Made by a program: the position numbers and the translations under genes
The notes under the pieces: model-generated
The model's input: the letters and a program-made list of their open reading frames with translations, nothing else
The model's database searches: none
What the model was told of the DNA's origin: nothing
Part shown: positions 7,671-17,032 of the stretch, piece by piece
Position numbering within the stretch: the stretch's first letter is position 1
Layout: each line of letters begins with the position of its first letter
IMG/VR virus record: IMGVR_UViG_3300033233_000005
Direction: 5' to 3' (one strand)
DNA length: 53,728 nucleotides
Origin: a virus
Lineage: Duplodnaviria; Heunggongvirae; Uroviricota; Caudoviricetes

Positions 7671-7997
7671 ATGTCTGGAATATCGATCGAAAATCCATTT
7701 GATACGCTTGAAATAGACTTAATCAGGTACGATCCTGAGCATCTATATACAGCTCTATTTCGTATTACCAACGGTCTAATGGACAAATATAGTCAAATGG
7801 GCCTAGTCAAGACTAAGATACGCAAAATAGACAAGAAGCATCCTGACTATGTCAAGCTGGCATCTGAGAAAGACATGGTTGAGGTAGAAATATATGCATT
7901 GGAAATGAAGCATCGGACCGTCAATTCAGTTATATATGGGAAGAGCAGTGAAATGAGGGTTTTCAAAAATGTACCAACGGGACCGGTGAAGCATTAA
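7671..7997 (+). CDS. hypothetical helical protein, possibly UvsY-like recombination mediator
   Basis: AGGAG SD; coiled-coil with HPDYVKL...LE motif; context between recA and the helicase. Confidence 0.4.
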   Translation: MSGISIENPFDTLEIDLIRYDPEHLYTALFRITNGLMDKYSQMGLVKTKIRKIDKKHPDYVKLASEKDMVEVEIYALEMKHRTVNSVIYGKSSEMRVFKNVPTGPVKH

Positions 7998-8347
7998 TGC
8001 CTCGCAGCAGGTATTACAGTCGGGATGGAAAACCGCTTACGCTTATAGAGTGGGCCAAAAACCTGGAGAGACGGTCAGATAGCGGTAGAAGAGTGGCTGA
8101 GGCTACTGTTCCAGGCAATTTTTGGGTGTCTACTGTATGGCTGGGTGTAGATCACAATTACCGTCGTTCTGGCCCACCGCAAATATTTGAAACTATGGTA
8201 TTTAGATCTCATAAAGAACTCCATGAGTTCGATTGTGTACGATATACAACAGAAACGCAGGCCCTAAATGGGCATATAATTCTGGTTAAGAAATGGTCGC
8301 AATGGTGGAGAGACGAGGACAAATGGGAGCTACTTAAGAAATCATGA
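7997..8347 (+). CDS. conserved phage hypothetical protein
   Basis: VSTVWLGVDHNY...GPPQIFETMVF is a motif I recognise from phage hypotheticals. Confidence 0.65.
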   Translation: MPRSRYYSRDGKPLTLIEWAKNLERRSDSGRRVAEATVPGNFWVSTVWLGVDHNYRRSGPPQIFETMVFRSHKELHEFDCVRYTTETQALNGHIILVKKWSQWWRDEDKWELLKKS

Positions 8348-9687
8348 AAATATATATAGACTCTCCATATTCGATACTGTCATTGGAGGTAAATGATAAC
8401 GTATCTGCCCTGGATGGATTAAAGAGAGATCTTACCGTGACTATAAAGAAGTTTACGGGCATGGGCAAGCCACAGCTAGACAGAGTATGTCTGATTATGC
8501 CTAATCTGGCGTTTCGCACGGGCTTATTGACCCGGATACGCAGGTTAGCTCCACTGCATGGGTTAGCCATTAGTGAAGAGATAGACAGACGCGCCATGCC
8601 CAAGATCGATAAATCTCTATCCGGTAAGAAGGTCGATCTGCGTGATTATCAGGAAGAGGCTGTAACCAAGATGCTGCAATATGATATGGGAGTGTTGTGC
8701 GCTGCTACTGGTTCCGGCAAGACCCATATGGCGGCTAATATGATCGCTAAGCGGGCTGTGCCCACTCTATTCCTGGTTCATACAAAGGAACTGTTATACC
8801 AGACTCAGAAGCGATTTACAGAACTGCTCGGGATGAAGATTGGAGCCATAGGCGATGGTGTGTTTGAGCCTGAACCGATCACCGTGGCCACCATCCAAAC
8901 CCTGTACAGCCAAGGCGTGAATCCAGGCATCAAACCGCAGATGGTGATAGTAGATGAGACGCATCATCTACCAGCCGATATGTTCTTCACTGTTACCAGC
9001 CTGTATCCAGTTCGATATATGTATGGATTGAGCGCCACTCCATACCGCCTGGACGGAGCCGATCTCATGATTGAAGCTGGGGCAGGACCGATCATCGTTA
9101 GTATATCGGTTTCCGATCTGATCAAGCGGAAGATATTGTGTAAACCAGTGATCAGGTTCATACCGATAGGTACGGAGACTTCGTATTCCAAGGCTCCCAA
9201 GCATTATGTGGTCAGGAAGCATATAGTAAATAATGAACAACGCAACAATATTATCGCTGTGGAAACCAAGAAGTGTGCCGATAAAGGGCAATCCGTCCTT
9301 ATCGCAGTAAATTGGACCGAACATGCTAAACAGATTGAGATAAAATTAAAAGCGTTAGAGGTAGATTGTGAGATATTGGAAGGGAAATCTCCGACATATG
9401 TCAGGCAGCGCATTCTAAAAGAATTGCAGAGCAAGAAGTTGAAGGTGATAATCTCAACCATCATGAAAGAAGGCGTAGATGTCCCTTCTCTAGACGTAGT
9501 AATTAATGCGGCTGGTGGATCGGATAGTATGCAGTTGATCGGTAGGGCATTGCGCAAGTCCGATGGTAAGGAAACCGCCACCATTATAGATTTCGTAGAC
9601 AACCAACATATCACTTTACTACAGGCATCTAAAAACAGGATGAAGCGTTGTCAGGCTGAACCAGAATTCCTAGTAATCGCGGCCTAA
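8344..9687 (+). CDS. SF2 DExH helicase, UvsW-like
   Basis: LRDYQ, ATGSGKT, VDETHH, GLSATP, KEGVDVP, QLIGRALR. Confidence 0.93.
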   Translation: MKIYIDSPYSILSLEVNDNVSALDGLKRDLTVTIKKFTGMGKPQLDRVCLIMPNLAFRTGLLTRIRRLAPLHGLAISEEIDRRAMPKIDKSLSGKKVDLRDYQEEAVTKMLQYDMGVLCAATGSGKTHMAANMIAKRAVPTLFLVHTKELLYQTQKRFTELLGMKIGAIGDGVFEPEPITVATIQTLYSQGVNPGIKPQMVIVDETHHLPADMFFTVTSLYPVRYMYGLSATPYRLDGADLMIEAGAGPIIVSISVSDLIKRKILCKPVIRFIPIGTETSYSKAPKHYVVRKHIVNNEQRNNIIAVETKKCADKGQSVLIAVNWTEHAKQIEIKLKALEVDCEILEGKSPTYVRQRILKELQSKKLKVIISTIMKEGVDVPSLDVVINAAGGSDSMQLIGRALRKSDGKETATIIDFVDNQHITLLQASKNRMKRCQAEPEFLVIAA

Positions 9688-9697
9688 AGGAGAACAG

Positions 9698-10159
9698 GTG
9701 AAATTCGTCAGTTTATGGAGGGAGGAACCGGTACTTAAGGTAAAGCTTATATTTAGTAGCACTGTACCTACAACTAGTCCTCCTAAGACCAGGGTATTAG
9801 GCGACAAGGTATTTGGTGTCAAGTTGCCTGGTAACGATGTATGGTCTGTTATGAATATCAATGGGAACCGGTGGACTTTCATAAAACGGAGCAAAATGTG
9901 TGAAGGTCCGATAAATGGCAGGCACCGCTTTATCCGTAGCGATGGTGCCCTATTAAAGAGTGGAAGGCATGTTGGCGTAGATTGCATGTCTATACCCGAT
10001 GCCGTTAAAACTTTAAAGACTGTTGATCACCGTATCTTCTTTGATCCGTTCGCTATTACTAGGAACGGGGTGGGGGTGTCTTATCTTAAGCTCGAAGTAC
10101 CTAACGCCGCTAGCCAACTTGCACGTGACCGTAAGGATACAGGGGAGGCATTCATATGA
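9698..10159 (+). CDS. hypothetical protein
   Basis: AAGGAG SD with GTG start; overlaps the purB start. Confidence 0.65.
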   Translation: MKFVSLWREEPVLKVKLIFSSTVPTTSPPKTRVLGDKVFGVKLPGNDVWSVMNINGNRWTFIKRSKMCEGPINGRHRFIRSDGALLKSGRHVGVDCMSIPDAVKTLKTVDHRIFFDPFAITRNGVGVSYLKLEVPNAASQLARDRKDTGEAFI

Positions 10160-11301
10160 TTTCTGATCGATATGCAACTAAGATAGCCAGACATTGGTCA
10201 CCGGAAGAAAGGATTCAAACGTGGCTCAAGATTGAACTGCTTAATTTAAAAGCATATAGCCAAGAACACTATGAGAAAGCGTCTAAGGCGTTTAAGGATA
10301 TGTCCAACAAATATATAGCTGACCAGTCTAGATTGATAGAAGATAAGATCGGACATGAGGTTGAGGCATTCGTACAGTTCCTGAATCGGGTTTATCCAAC
10401 GGGTCTGTGGCATAAGGGGCTGGCATCATCTGATCTGGTTGAGTGCTCTAATGCGGTGGCCATGAATAAAGCTCTTCTGGAAATAACAGACGAGAAATAT
10501 CTACTTACCAATGGTCTTAGGTCATTGATGGTGACTTACAAAGATGCTCCAGCCCATGGATATACGCATGGTCAGAAGGCTGAGCCCATAACATGGGGAT
10601 TAAGATTCTTCGTATGGGCGGAGCAGCTAGAATACTTCCCTATGGTGTCAGTACGGGGCAAAATGACTGGTGCCGTGGGCACTGGGATCGTAACTGCTCC
10701 AGGTCTAGTCAGAGCGGTAGTTAATGAACTGCATATAGATATGTCAGCAGCGGCTACCCAAATAGTTCCAAGACATCAGCTATGTGGTACCCTAGATCAG
10801 ATTAGTGGATTGGCTATGGCTTTAGAGAAAATCTCAAACGATATGCGGATGCTATACACTCTGGATCAACTCCACATAGACAATATGCCTATTGGATCTA
10901 GTTCTATGCCTCATAAGGTTAATCCATACGAATTGGAACGCTTGATCGGTATGTGTAAAATGATCATGTCTATGGTAGATTGCATCAATAGGACCAATGC
11001 GGATGGTTGGCTAGAACGGGATCTAGTGCACTCTAGCGTAGAGCGTGAATTCCTGCCGGTCATATGCAATCATACATACTATGTGGTGAATAGATTGTCT
11101 GTGATACTAGGTAGATCACGATTCCGTCTGGCTACACCAGATGATTTGATATCACAATGGTCCTCAGTTAAATTGGCCGACATGCTGACACACGAAACAG
11201 ATAGAAAAGCGGCCAGAGAAGCGGCAAAGAGTGTGACCATAGAAGAATCGGTTGAGTATCTGTCTAGAATGAAAATCGCTGTGGATAAAATACTTGGATG
11301 A
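10156..11301 (+). CDS. purB: adenylosuccinate lyase
   Basis: Fumarase-superfamily signature GSSSMPHKVNP (10894-10926); HKGLASSD; GYTHGQKAEPITWG; KMTGAVGT; TQIVPR; LERDLVHSSVER. Confidence 0.92.
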   Translation: MISDRYATKIARHWSPEERIQTWLKIELLNLKAYSQEHYEKASKAFKDMSNKYIADQSRLIEDKIGHEVEAFVQFLNRVYPTGLWHKGLASSDLVECSNAVAMNKALLEITDEKYLLTNGLRSLMVTYKDAPAHGYTHGQKAEPITWGLRFFVWAEQLEYFPMVSVRGKMTGAVGTGIVTAPGLVRAVVNELHIDMSAAATQIVPRHQLCGTLDQISGLAMALEKISNDMRMLYTLDQLHIDNMPIGSSSMPHKVNPYELERLIGMCKMIMSMVDCINRTNADGWLERDLVHSSVEREFLPVICNHTYYVVNRLSVILGRSRFRLATPDDLISQWSSVKLADMLTHETDRKAAREAAKSVTIEESVEYLSRMKIAVDKILG

Positions 11302-11738
11302 ATGCAGAGCAGACTTTAATTTATAAACGCATATCCAAGCTGTTAACCAAGGATCAGTATCTAATAGGTACTTTACCCCTGGGTGATTTTGTCGTAGGGA
11401 GTTCTAGCCCAAATGAGCATGTGATGATAGCATTTAGAAATAGCAAACTAGGGCATACCATTCAGATAACATTAGATAGGCTAGATCTTGGAGTACGGGG
11501 TACATTTGAATTTGTATGTAATGACCCACTGATACTTGATCTAGTAACGGGATTTAAAGAATCAAAGATGATCACTAAGGATGCGGTGATGTTTATGATG
11601 GATTCGGCGCACCATATTACCAAATGTGGTATATACACCAGATACGGCATGTATAAATGGTTGGGTGAAGGCGAGAGTGCCAGTGAATTGTCAAACTCAG
11701 TTGGTCAACCATTTGGGGGTAAAATAGGATGGCAATAG
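11298..11738 (+). CDS. hypothetical protein
   Basis: ATGA overlap with purB. Confidence 0.65.
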   Translation: MNAEQTLIYKRISKLLTKDQYLIGTLPLGDFVVGSSSPNEHVMIAFRNSKLGHTIQITLDRLDLGVRGTFEFVCNDPLILDLVTGFKESKMITKDAVMFMMDSAHHITKCGIYTRYGMYKWLGEGESASELSNSVGQPFGGKIGWQ

Positions 11739-12484
11739 GTTCAGCAGGAGATCCGATGGGAATATTTCAAGCCAACCATAAATGGGGTGAATGGGGTACC
11801 CCTACTCCAGATCGCACTGATAGATTACCAAAGCAATTTAGAGACTCTGTCCTGTCTTATATCAAGGATATTATAGATAGTAAGATGTGTGAGGTTGTAG
11901 TATATCCAATGAAAGCCGTATCTGGCACTAAAATGCCGGTAATGTTAAGCATCAGTGTGATGTATAGCCATTTTGAGATTATGATAATGGATAATACCAC
12001 CTTTGTCATTCATTTCAATGTCACTGAAACTCCTAAATCGCCAATAATGATGACTTCTGGTGCCATTAGAGATCGATATGATGTGCAATGTGATGATCCC
12101 CTGGTATTGCAGGAAATTGTGTCAGCTGGTGATAATGCCAAAGAAATATTAAAGTGGTTGTCTGTCCTGGTTGATTCTCCATGTAAGGTTATTCAGGCTG
12201 TGCGCATTACTCCACAACAGGGCTTGGAAAAGCGGTGGTTGGAAGAAGCAGCAAAACAGGATACGTGGACTACGACCACTACTACGACTCCATACATACA
12301 TCACAAATACGTACCAAATTCAAACAGCATCACTTGGGGTAGTGAAGAGCATGCTAAGATAACTTTCGGCACAGGTGATTACGGCAAAGACATTTTGAAA
12401 AATCAAGAACCGGGGTGGATAACAAATCAATATAATAAATTGGTTAATGTGGTTAGTCGTCTAAAATCGACTACAATCAAATGA
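11729..12484 (+). CDS. hypothetical protein with a Thr run
   Basis: 251-aa ORF containing WTTTTTTTP. Confidence 0.65.
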   Translation: MAIGSAGDPMGIFQANHKWGEWGTPTPDRTDRLPKQFRDSVLSYIKDIIDSKMCEVVVYPMKAVSGTKMPVMLSISVMYSHFEIMIMDNTTFVIHFNVTETPKSPIMMTSGAIRDRYDVQCDDPLVLQEIVSAGDNAKEILKWLSVLVDSPCKVIQAVRITPQQGLEKRWLEEAAKQDTWTTTTTTTPYIHHKYVPNSNSITWGSEEHAKITFGTGDYGKDILKNQEPGWITNQYNKLVNVVSRLKSTTIK

Positions 12485-12771
12485 GGGTGTGGCCTTACGA
12501 TCTCAGAGTAGCTGGTTTAACATTCAAGGTAAAGAGTATGGATGAAGTTGACTCAGATGCTATTGAATGCAGACGTGAACCTACCAATGAATTCGATTCA
12601 AGAGCCGTGGCAGTATATTGTATATATACTGGCAAAAAAGAGCCAAAACATGTTGGATATATACCAAAAGAGATTGCTCGAAACATACCTGATGAAAAGC
12701 TGCCATGTAATGGCCAGGTAGTATGGAAAACCGATGAGATCGGTAGATTTGGAATGAAGATTGCAATATGA
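12481..12771 (+). CDS. stand-alone HIRAN domain protein
   Basis: CRREPTNEFDSRAVAV...HVGYIP. Confidence 0.85.
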   Translation: MRVWPYDLRVAGLTFKVKSMDEVDSDAIECRREPTNEFDSRAVAVYCIYTGKKEPKHVGYIPKEIARNIPDEKLPCNGQVVWKTDEIGRFGMKIAI

Positions 12772-13361
12772 CCAGAGTGGACGAGATCGACGCATGCCTA
12801 AGACATATGACACACGATGCCAGAGAGATATTGAATCTTATCGGTGACACCAGGCCAAAGATCTATTGGCAGATCAAGCTGATGGAATATTGCCATAACT
12901 TTAATGTTACGACCCTAATATCAAATCTAAAGAAATTAATTAAGGAGAATCCCACACAGAATTTAAAATTCTTTATTGAACACATACCCGATCATAGATT
13001 AGGGAAAATGCACAAGCAGGTTGCATTCACTGATCGTGGGATAATAAACATGTTTCGTATAGACAGGTTAGCTCTGGTATCAGATTATGCAGTTAGATTG
13101 GACGTACTGGCTGATCTCGTCAATAATATGGATATCACAGAGATCGATGAGGTGGTATCAGAATCCGGTAGAACTGGAATGGGATTGATCCTGGTAAAAT
13201 TACAGGAGCATGTGGGAGAGCGCGATCGAATGCGCAGAAACATCAGTCACATGGTCGCTGAACCAATTAAACCGGTTGTTCCAATGACTGACGAGGCTAG
13301 ATCGATACTATCGGCTACGATCGCTGAACTGGATACATTGATTAGGCCAGATAGCGACTAG
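12768..13361 (+). CDS. hypothetical protein upstream of primase-helicase
   Basis: ATGA overlap; helical. Confidence 0.65.
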   Translation: MTRVDEIDACLRHMTHDAREILNLIGDTRPKIYWQIKLMEYCHNFNVTTLISNLKKLIKENPTQNLKFFIEHIPDHRLGKMHKQVAFTDRGIINMFRIDRLALVSDYAVRLDVLADLVNNMDITEIDEVVSESGRTGMGLILVKLQEHVGERDRMRRNISHMVAEPIKPVVPMTDEARSILSATIAELDTLIRPDSD

Positions 13362-13375
13362 TATAAAGGAATGTT

Positions 13376-15769
13376 GTGGACCTAAAAGAATTAAAGATTA
13401 GAATACCGCTTGAGAAATTAGCCGACATGCTAGGCATCAAGGTCAAAGACTCCGGTAAGAACGCCGTAGCGTTGTGTCCGTTCCACAAGGACACTACCCC
13501 ATCTTTTACCATCGACAAGGCTAGGCAGATAGCCCGCTGCTTCTCTTCATCCTGTGCTGATCTAGGTGTAATTGACCATATCAAGCTAATAAAATTATAT
13601 GAGCATCTGGACGAAGACGATGCCGTAACTAGATTCTATGCCCTAGCAGGGGAAGAGCGTCCTGCGGACTCATCACAAGAGATATTGCACAAAATGTTAT
13701 CTCTGATCCATCAGAATATAACGATGGATGCGCCATTGAAATTCTTTCAGAATCGTGGCATTACCTTGGAAGCTCTGCAGAAACTAAAGGTCGGATATTC
13801 TCCATCAGCACAGTGGTTTAAGGATCAAATTAAGGATGTGCCACCGGACGAGTCGGCTAGATTGGAATTCTTTAGATCAGAAATGTTTGACAATGCCATT
13901 ATATATCCAGTGTATGATAGCTTGGGTAGAATGGCTGGATTTAGGAGCAGACCGTTCAAAGGCACAGCGAAGTATATAGCCAATTCCGGTGACTTTAAAT
14001 TCAAGGCCACTAGAGTCTATGGTATGCACTTAATTAAACATAATCGTCAGATCGTTCTGGTAGAAGGCCCCAATGATGTATTAGGATTGCTCTCTGCTGG
14101 AGTGTCGAATGTCGGTGGCCTGATGGGTTCTCATATGGAAGGCGTCGACAAGTATCTATGGAATCGTGGATTCAATGATGTAGTGTTTATAGCAGATGGT
14201 GATGAAGCGGGTGCTATGGCGATGATCAAAGCTCCACCACTTATTCGGGTGACCAAGATACCAATTGCTGGTGTGGACCCTGATGACTATGCACATCAAC
14301 AGGGCCTGTTGCCAGTTGTTAATTTGATCAATTCAGCTAAATTTCCCATTGAGATCAAATTGGAATCTAAGCTAAGCAAGATCCCAGCCGGTTTGACTGG
14401 TAAGGGGATGCTATTGAAATCCATTGCTCAGGATATATCTGATGGATTACCGTCGATATTGGTTGGTTTAGTTCAAGACTATGTAGCGACAGCCCTTGGA
14501 ATATCGCGAGAGGATGTAGCTAAGGTATTCGATCAAGTTGATTTGGATACCACGCGGCTGGAGAATAGAATGATAGCACACATGGCTAGTAATGGGGAAA
14601 CTTCTCCAGAGATTAGAACCAAAGTGATCCCACAGATGTTCTTTGATTCTAAGGCCCGTGCCCAATATAAACAGATACTGGATGGCTTGACCGTAACCGA
14701 TGTAACATCAACAATCACTGCATTCACGGAAGCCGACCTCGCGCAGTTTGTAGACCTAGCCACTAGGCGGCAGCTGCGTGTAGCTTTGAAGAAATCTTCC
14801 AACGACATAGCCAACATATCGATCCCCCTAGAAACCACATTAGAAAAGACCACTATTCAGATGTCGAATCTGACTATAGATGACGTTACGGTACTGTCAT
14901 CCGGTGAGGCATTGAGAGCAGAATTGGCCGACATTGAGGAACGGGCCAAGAACCCCGGACAATTGCTAGGCTTATCGTTTGGTCCTAGGTTCCCCAAAAT
15001 GGATCAAATTCTATTCGGACTTAGACCAAATAACATGTATATCGTAGCGGCTACGACCGGTATGGGTAAATCCAATCTAGCCTTGGAATGGGCCATACAT
15101 ATGTCGCACAATGATAACGTACCCGTGCTGTGGGTATCACTAGAAATGTCTGCTAGGGAGATGGCTGCAAGAAGACTTGCCAAGATAACTGGTGTAAGCA
15201 TGACTAGTATCCTCAGAGCAGAGTTAACTGTTGAACAGACTAAATTACTAAAGGATCAAGCAATCAATCATGCCTTAACGCCATTTTATGAGGCATATTG
15301 CGGCGGAATCACCATCCATCAGATCGTATCGCTGATCAGAAAGTACAAGATTACCAAGGATATCAAGGCAGTATATATAGACTACATCCAGCTGGTTCAA
15401 GGTGGACCTGAGGATAGGGGCAGTTACGAGAGAATAGGTTATATATCTGGAATGCTCAAGAACCAAGTTACTATGAGTAAATCGATAGGCATCCCGGTTG
15501 TAGCCATATCTCAGTTAACTAGACAGGCCGCTAAGGTAGAAGTGCCAACGGCAGAAAATGTAGCGGAATCGTATAAAATAAGTCAGGATGCAGATGCCTT
15601 CCTTGCTATTAAGCAGAGAACTGAATTTGAGATTGAGGAAGACAAGCTCCAGGGTAGGAATTATGGCAATATGTTACTAAATATAGACAAGAATAGAGAA
15701 GGTCCATCCAAGCAGATAGTGGGACTGATATTTAACAAAGACAATCTATCAATCAAAGAGGTGGTTTAA
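13376..15769 (+). CDS. DNA primase-helicase fusion (CHC2 Zn finger, TOPRIM, DnaB-like)
   Basis: CPFHKDTTPSF...CFSSSC; LVEGPND, FIADGDEAG; AATTGMGKS, IDYIQL, ISQLTR, DKNREG. Confidence 0.93.
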   Translation: MDLKELKIRIPLEKLADMLGIKVKDSGKNAVALCPFHKDTTPSFTIDKARQIARCFSSSCADLGVIDHIKLIKLYEHLDEDDAVTRFYALAGEERPADSSQEILHKMLSLIHQNITMDAPLKFFQNRGITLEALQKLKVGYSPSAQWFKDQIKDVPPDESARLEFFRSEMFDNAIIYPVYDSLGRMAGFRSRPFKGTAKYIANSGDFKFKATRVYGMHLIKHNRQIVLVEGPNDVLGLLSAGVSNVGGLMGSHMEGVDKYLWNRGFNDVVFIADGDEAGAMAMIKAPPLIRVTKIPIAGVDPDDYAHQQGLLPVVNLINSAKFPIEIKLESKLSKIPAGLTGKGMLLKSIAQDISDGLPSILVGLVQDYVATALGISREDVAKVFDQVDLDTTRLENRMIAHMASNGETSPEIRTKVIPQMFFDSKARAQYKQILDGLTVTDVTSTITAFTEADLAQFVDLATRRQLRVALKKSSNDIANISIPLETTLEKTTIQMSNLTIDDVTVLSSGEALRAELADIEERAKNPGQLLGLSFGPRFPKMDQILFGLRPNNMYIVAATTGMGKSNLALEWAIHMSHNDNVPVLWVSLEMSAREMAARRLAKITGVSMTSILRAELTVEQTKLLKDQAINHALTPFYEAYCGGITIHQIVSLIRKYKITKDIKAVYIDYIQLVQGGPEDRGSYERIGYISGMLKNQVTMSKSIGIPVVAISQLTRQAAKVEVPTAENVAESYKISQDADAFLAIKQRTEFEIEEDKLQGRNYGNMLLNIDKNREGPSKQIVGLIFNKDNLSIKEVV

Positions 15770-16581
15770 TGGCTAATCCTATAGGACCGATCAATTCTGG
15801 AACCACAGCCTCTAGTCCATACATTGCTATCTCACCATATACGGTATCAACCGGGTCTCCGTGGTCTACCTCTACTACAGTAACATCAACTGGGTCTATA
15901 GCTGAATGGCCTACAATAAGAGTATTCGATAATATCGTAGTTAGCTTTAAAAGTTTCTTGAATGACATCACAACAGTCAGGGATGAGAATGGCATGCTTA
16001 TCTGTGATGAATTAAGAACCATATTTATATATAAAGAGCCATCCATTATAGATATGCCAAAATTGAGGCAGCCTGGATACAAAATGGTTGATATCGGTAA
16101 AAACTCTCCTTATGCTACATCGTTTACAGTAAAAGATTTCGTTAAGATAATGAATACTGTGATGATCTATTGTAAGGATCTGGCATTCGGAATGCCACAC
16201 CGCAAGTATGATTCAGTCGGATTCGATCTGCATTGTTTAAAAGATGCTGTGGTGGAACCGGGTGAATTCATGGATGTAGAAACTGGGGTACATTGTGCAT
16301 TCCCATCACATATTTGGGGTTTGCTGGTATCGCGTAGTAGCATATTTAAGAAACGCCTGATAGTGAATACAGGCATCATAGACCCTGGATTTCAGGGTGA
16401 ATTATTCGCGTGTGTCTATAATGCAGGTAAGGAACAGTTTAAAATAGAACGTGGAGATAGATTAGCGCAGTTAATACCCATGCAGGACGTCCCTATGATA
16501 GGAGTCCAACAAGCGTATGGGTTGGATGAATTTCCCGCCACTAACCGTGGCACCAATGGGTTCGGATCAACGGGTAAATAA
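15769..16581 (+). CDS. dut: trimeric dUTPase-fold protein with about 130-aa N-terminal extension
   Basis: Five motifs: VGFDL, SRSS, GIIDPGFQGE, GDRLAQL, RGTNGFGSTG. Confidence 0.85.
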   Translation: MANPIGPINSGTTASSPYIAISPYTVSTGSPWSTSTTVTSTGSIAEWPTIRVFDNIVVSFKSFLNDITTVRDENGMLICDELRTIFIYKEPSIIDMPKLRQPGYKMVDIGKNSPYATSFTVKDFVKIMNTVMIYCKDLAFGMPHRKYDSVGFDLHCLKDAVVEPGEFMDVETGVHCAFPSHIWGLLVSRSSIFKKRLIVNTGIIDPGFQGELFACVYNAGKEQFKIERGDRLAQLIPMQDVPMIGVQQAYGLDEFPATNRGTNGFGSTGK

Positions 16582-16591
16582 GGAGGAAATA

Positions 16592-16822
16592 ATGGCAACA
16601 GAAGAGAAGAAGAGGCATTTCAAGAAATGTAAGCATTGTCATCAACGTTTACGTGGCAGTTCACATCATTGCGATGAAACTGGGAGAACTTATGAAGCTA
16701 ACGACGATGGCGATTTTCCTACCAGCATGGCAGTTGGTTGGTTTACCGGTAGTGCGATAGCTGGATGGGCAGTCGGCGGTGATCTATTGGGTGGTGTAAT
16801 TGGATCGATGTTTAGCGATTAG
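16592..16822 (+). CDS. small Cys/His protein with Gly-zipper-like C-terminus
   Basis: AGGAGG SD at ATG 16592; CKHCH..HHC; GWAVGGDLLGGVIG. Confidence 0.6.
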   Translation: MATEEKKRHFKKCKHCHQRLRGSSHHCDETGRTYEANDDGDFPTSMAVGWFTGSAIAGWAVGGDLLGGVIGSMFSD

Positions 16823-17032
16823 GTGAAATATTTCGTAGTTACACCTGCGTACGAGTCCGGAGGTTCGGAATATGAGCCTCCGGACTACGGCAGTGACGTA
16901 GCAGAGATTGAAGCTATCAATAGAAGGCTGGCTAAAGCAGTAGGACTTAAAGCACTAAGAAAGATGAATAGTAGATGGGTAGACGATTTAGGAAACAATC
17001 CATTTAAGGGATTAAAGGTGTATAGAGCATGA
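16823..17032 (+). CDS. hypothetical protein
   Basis: GTG start directly after the previous stop; overlaps the dnaE start. Confidence 0.6.
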   Translation: MKYFVVTPAYESGGSEYEPPDYGSDVAEIEAINRRLAKAVGLKALRKMNSRWVDDLGNNPFKGLKVYRA

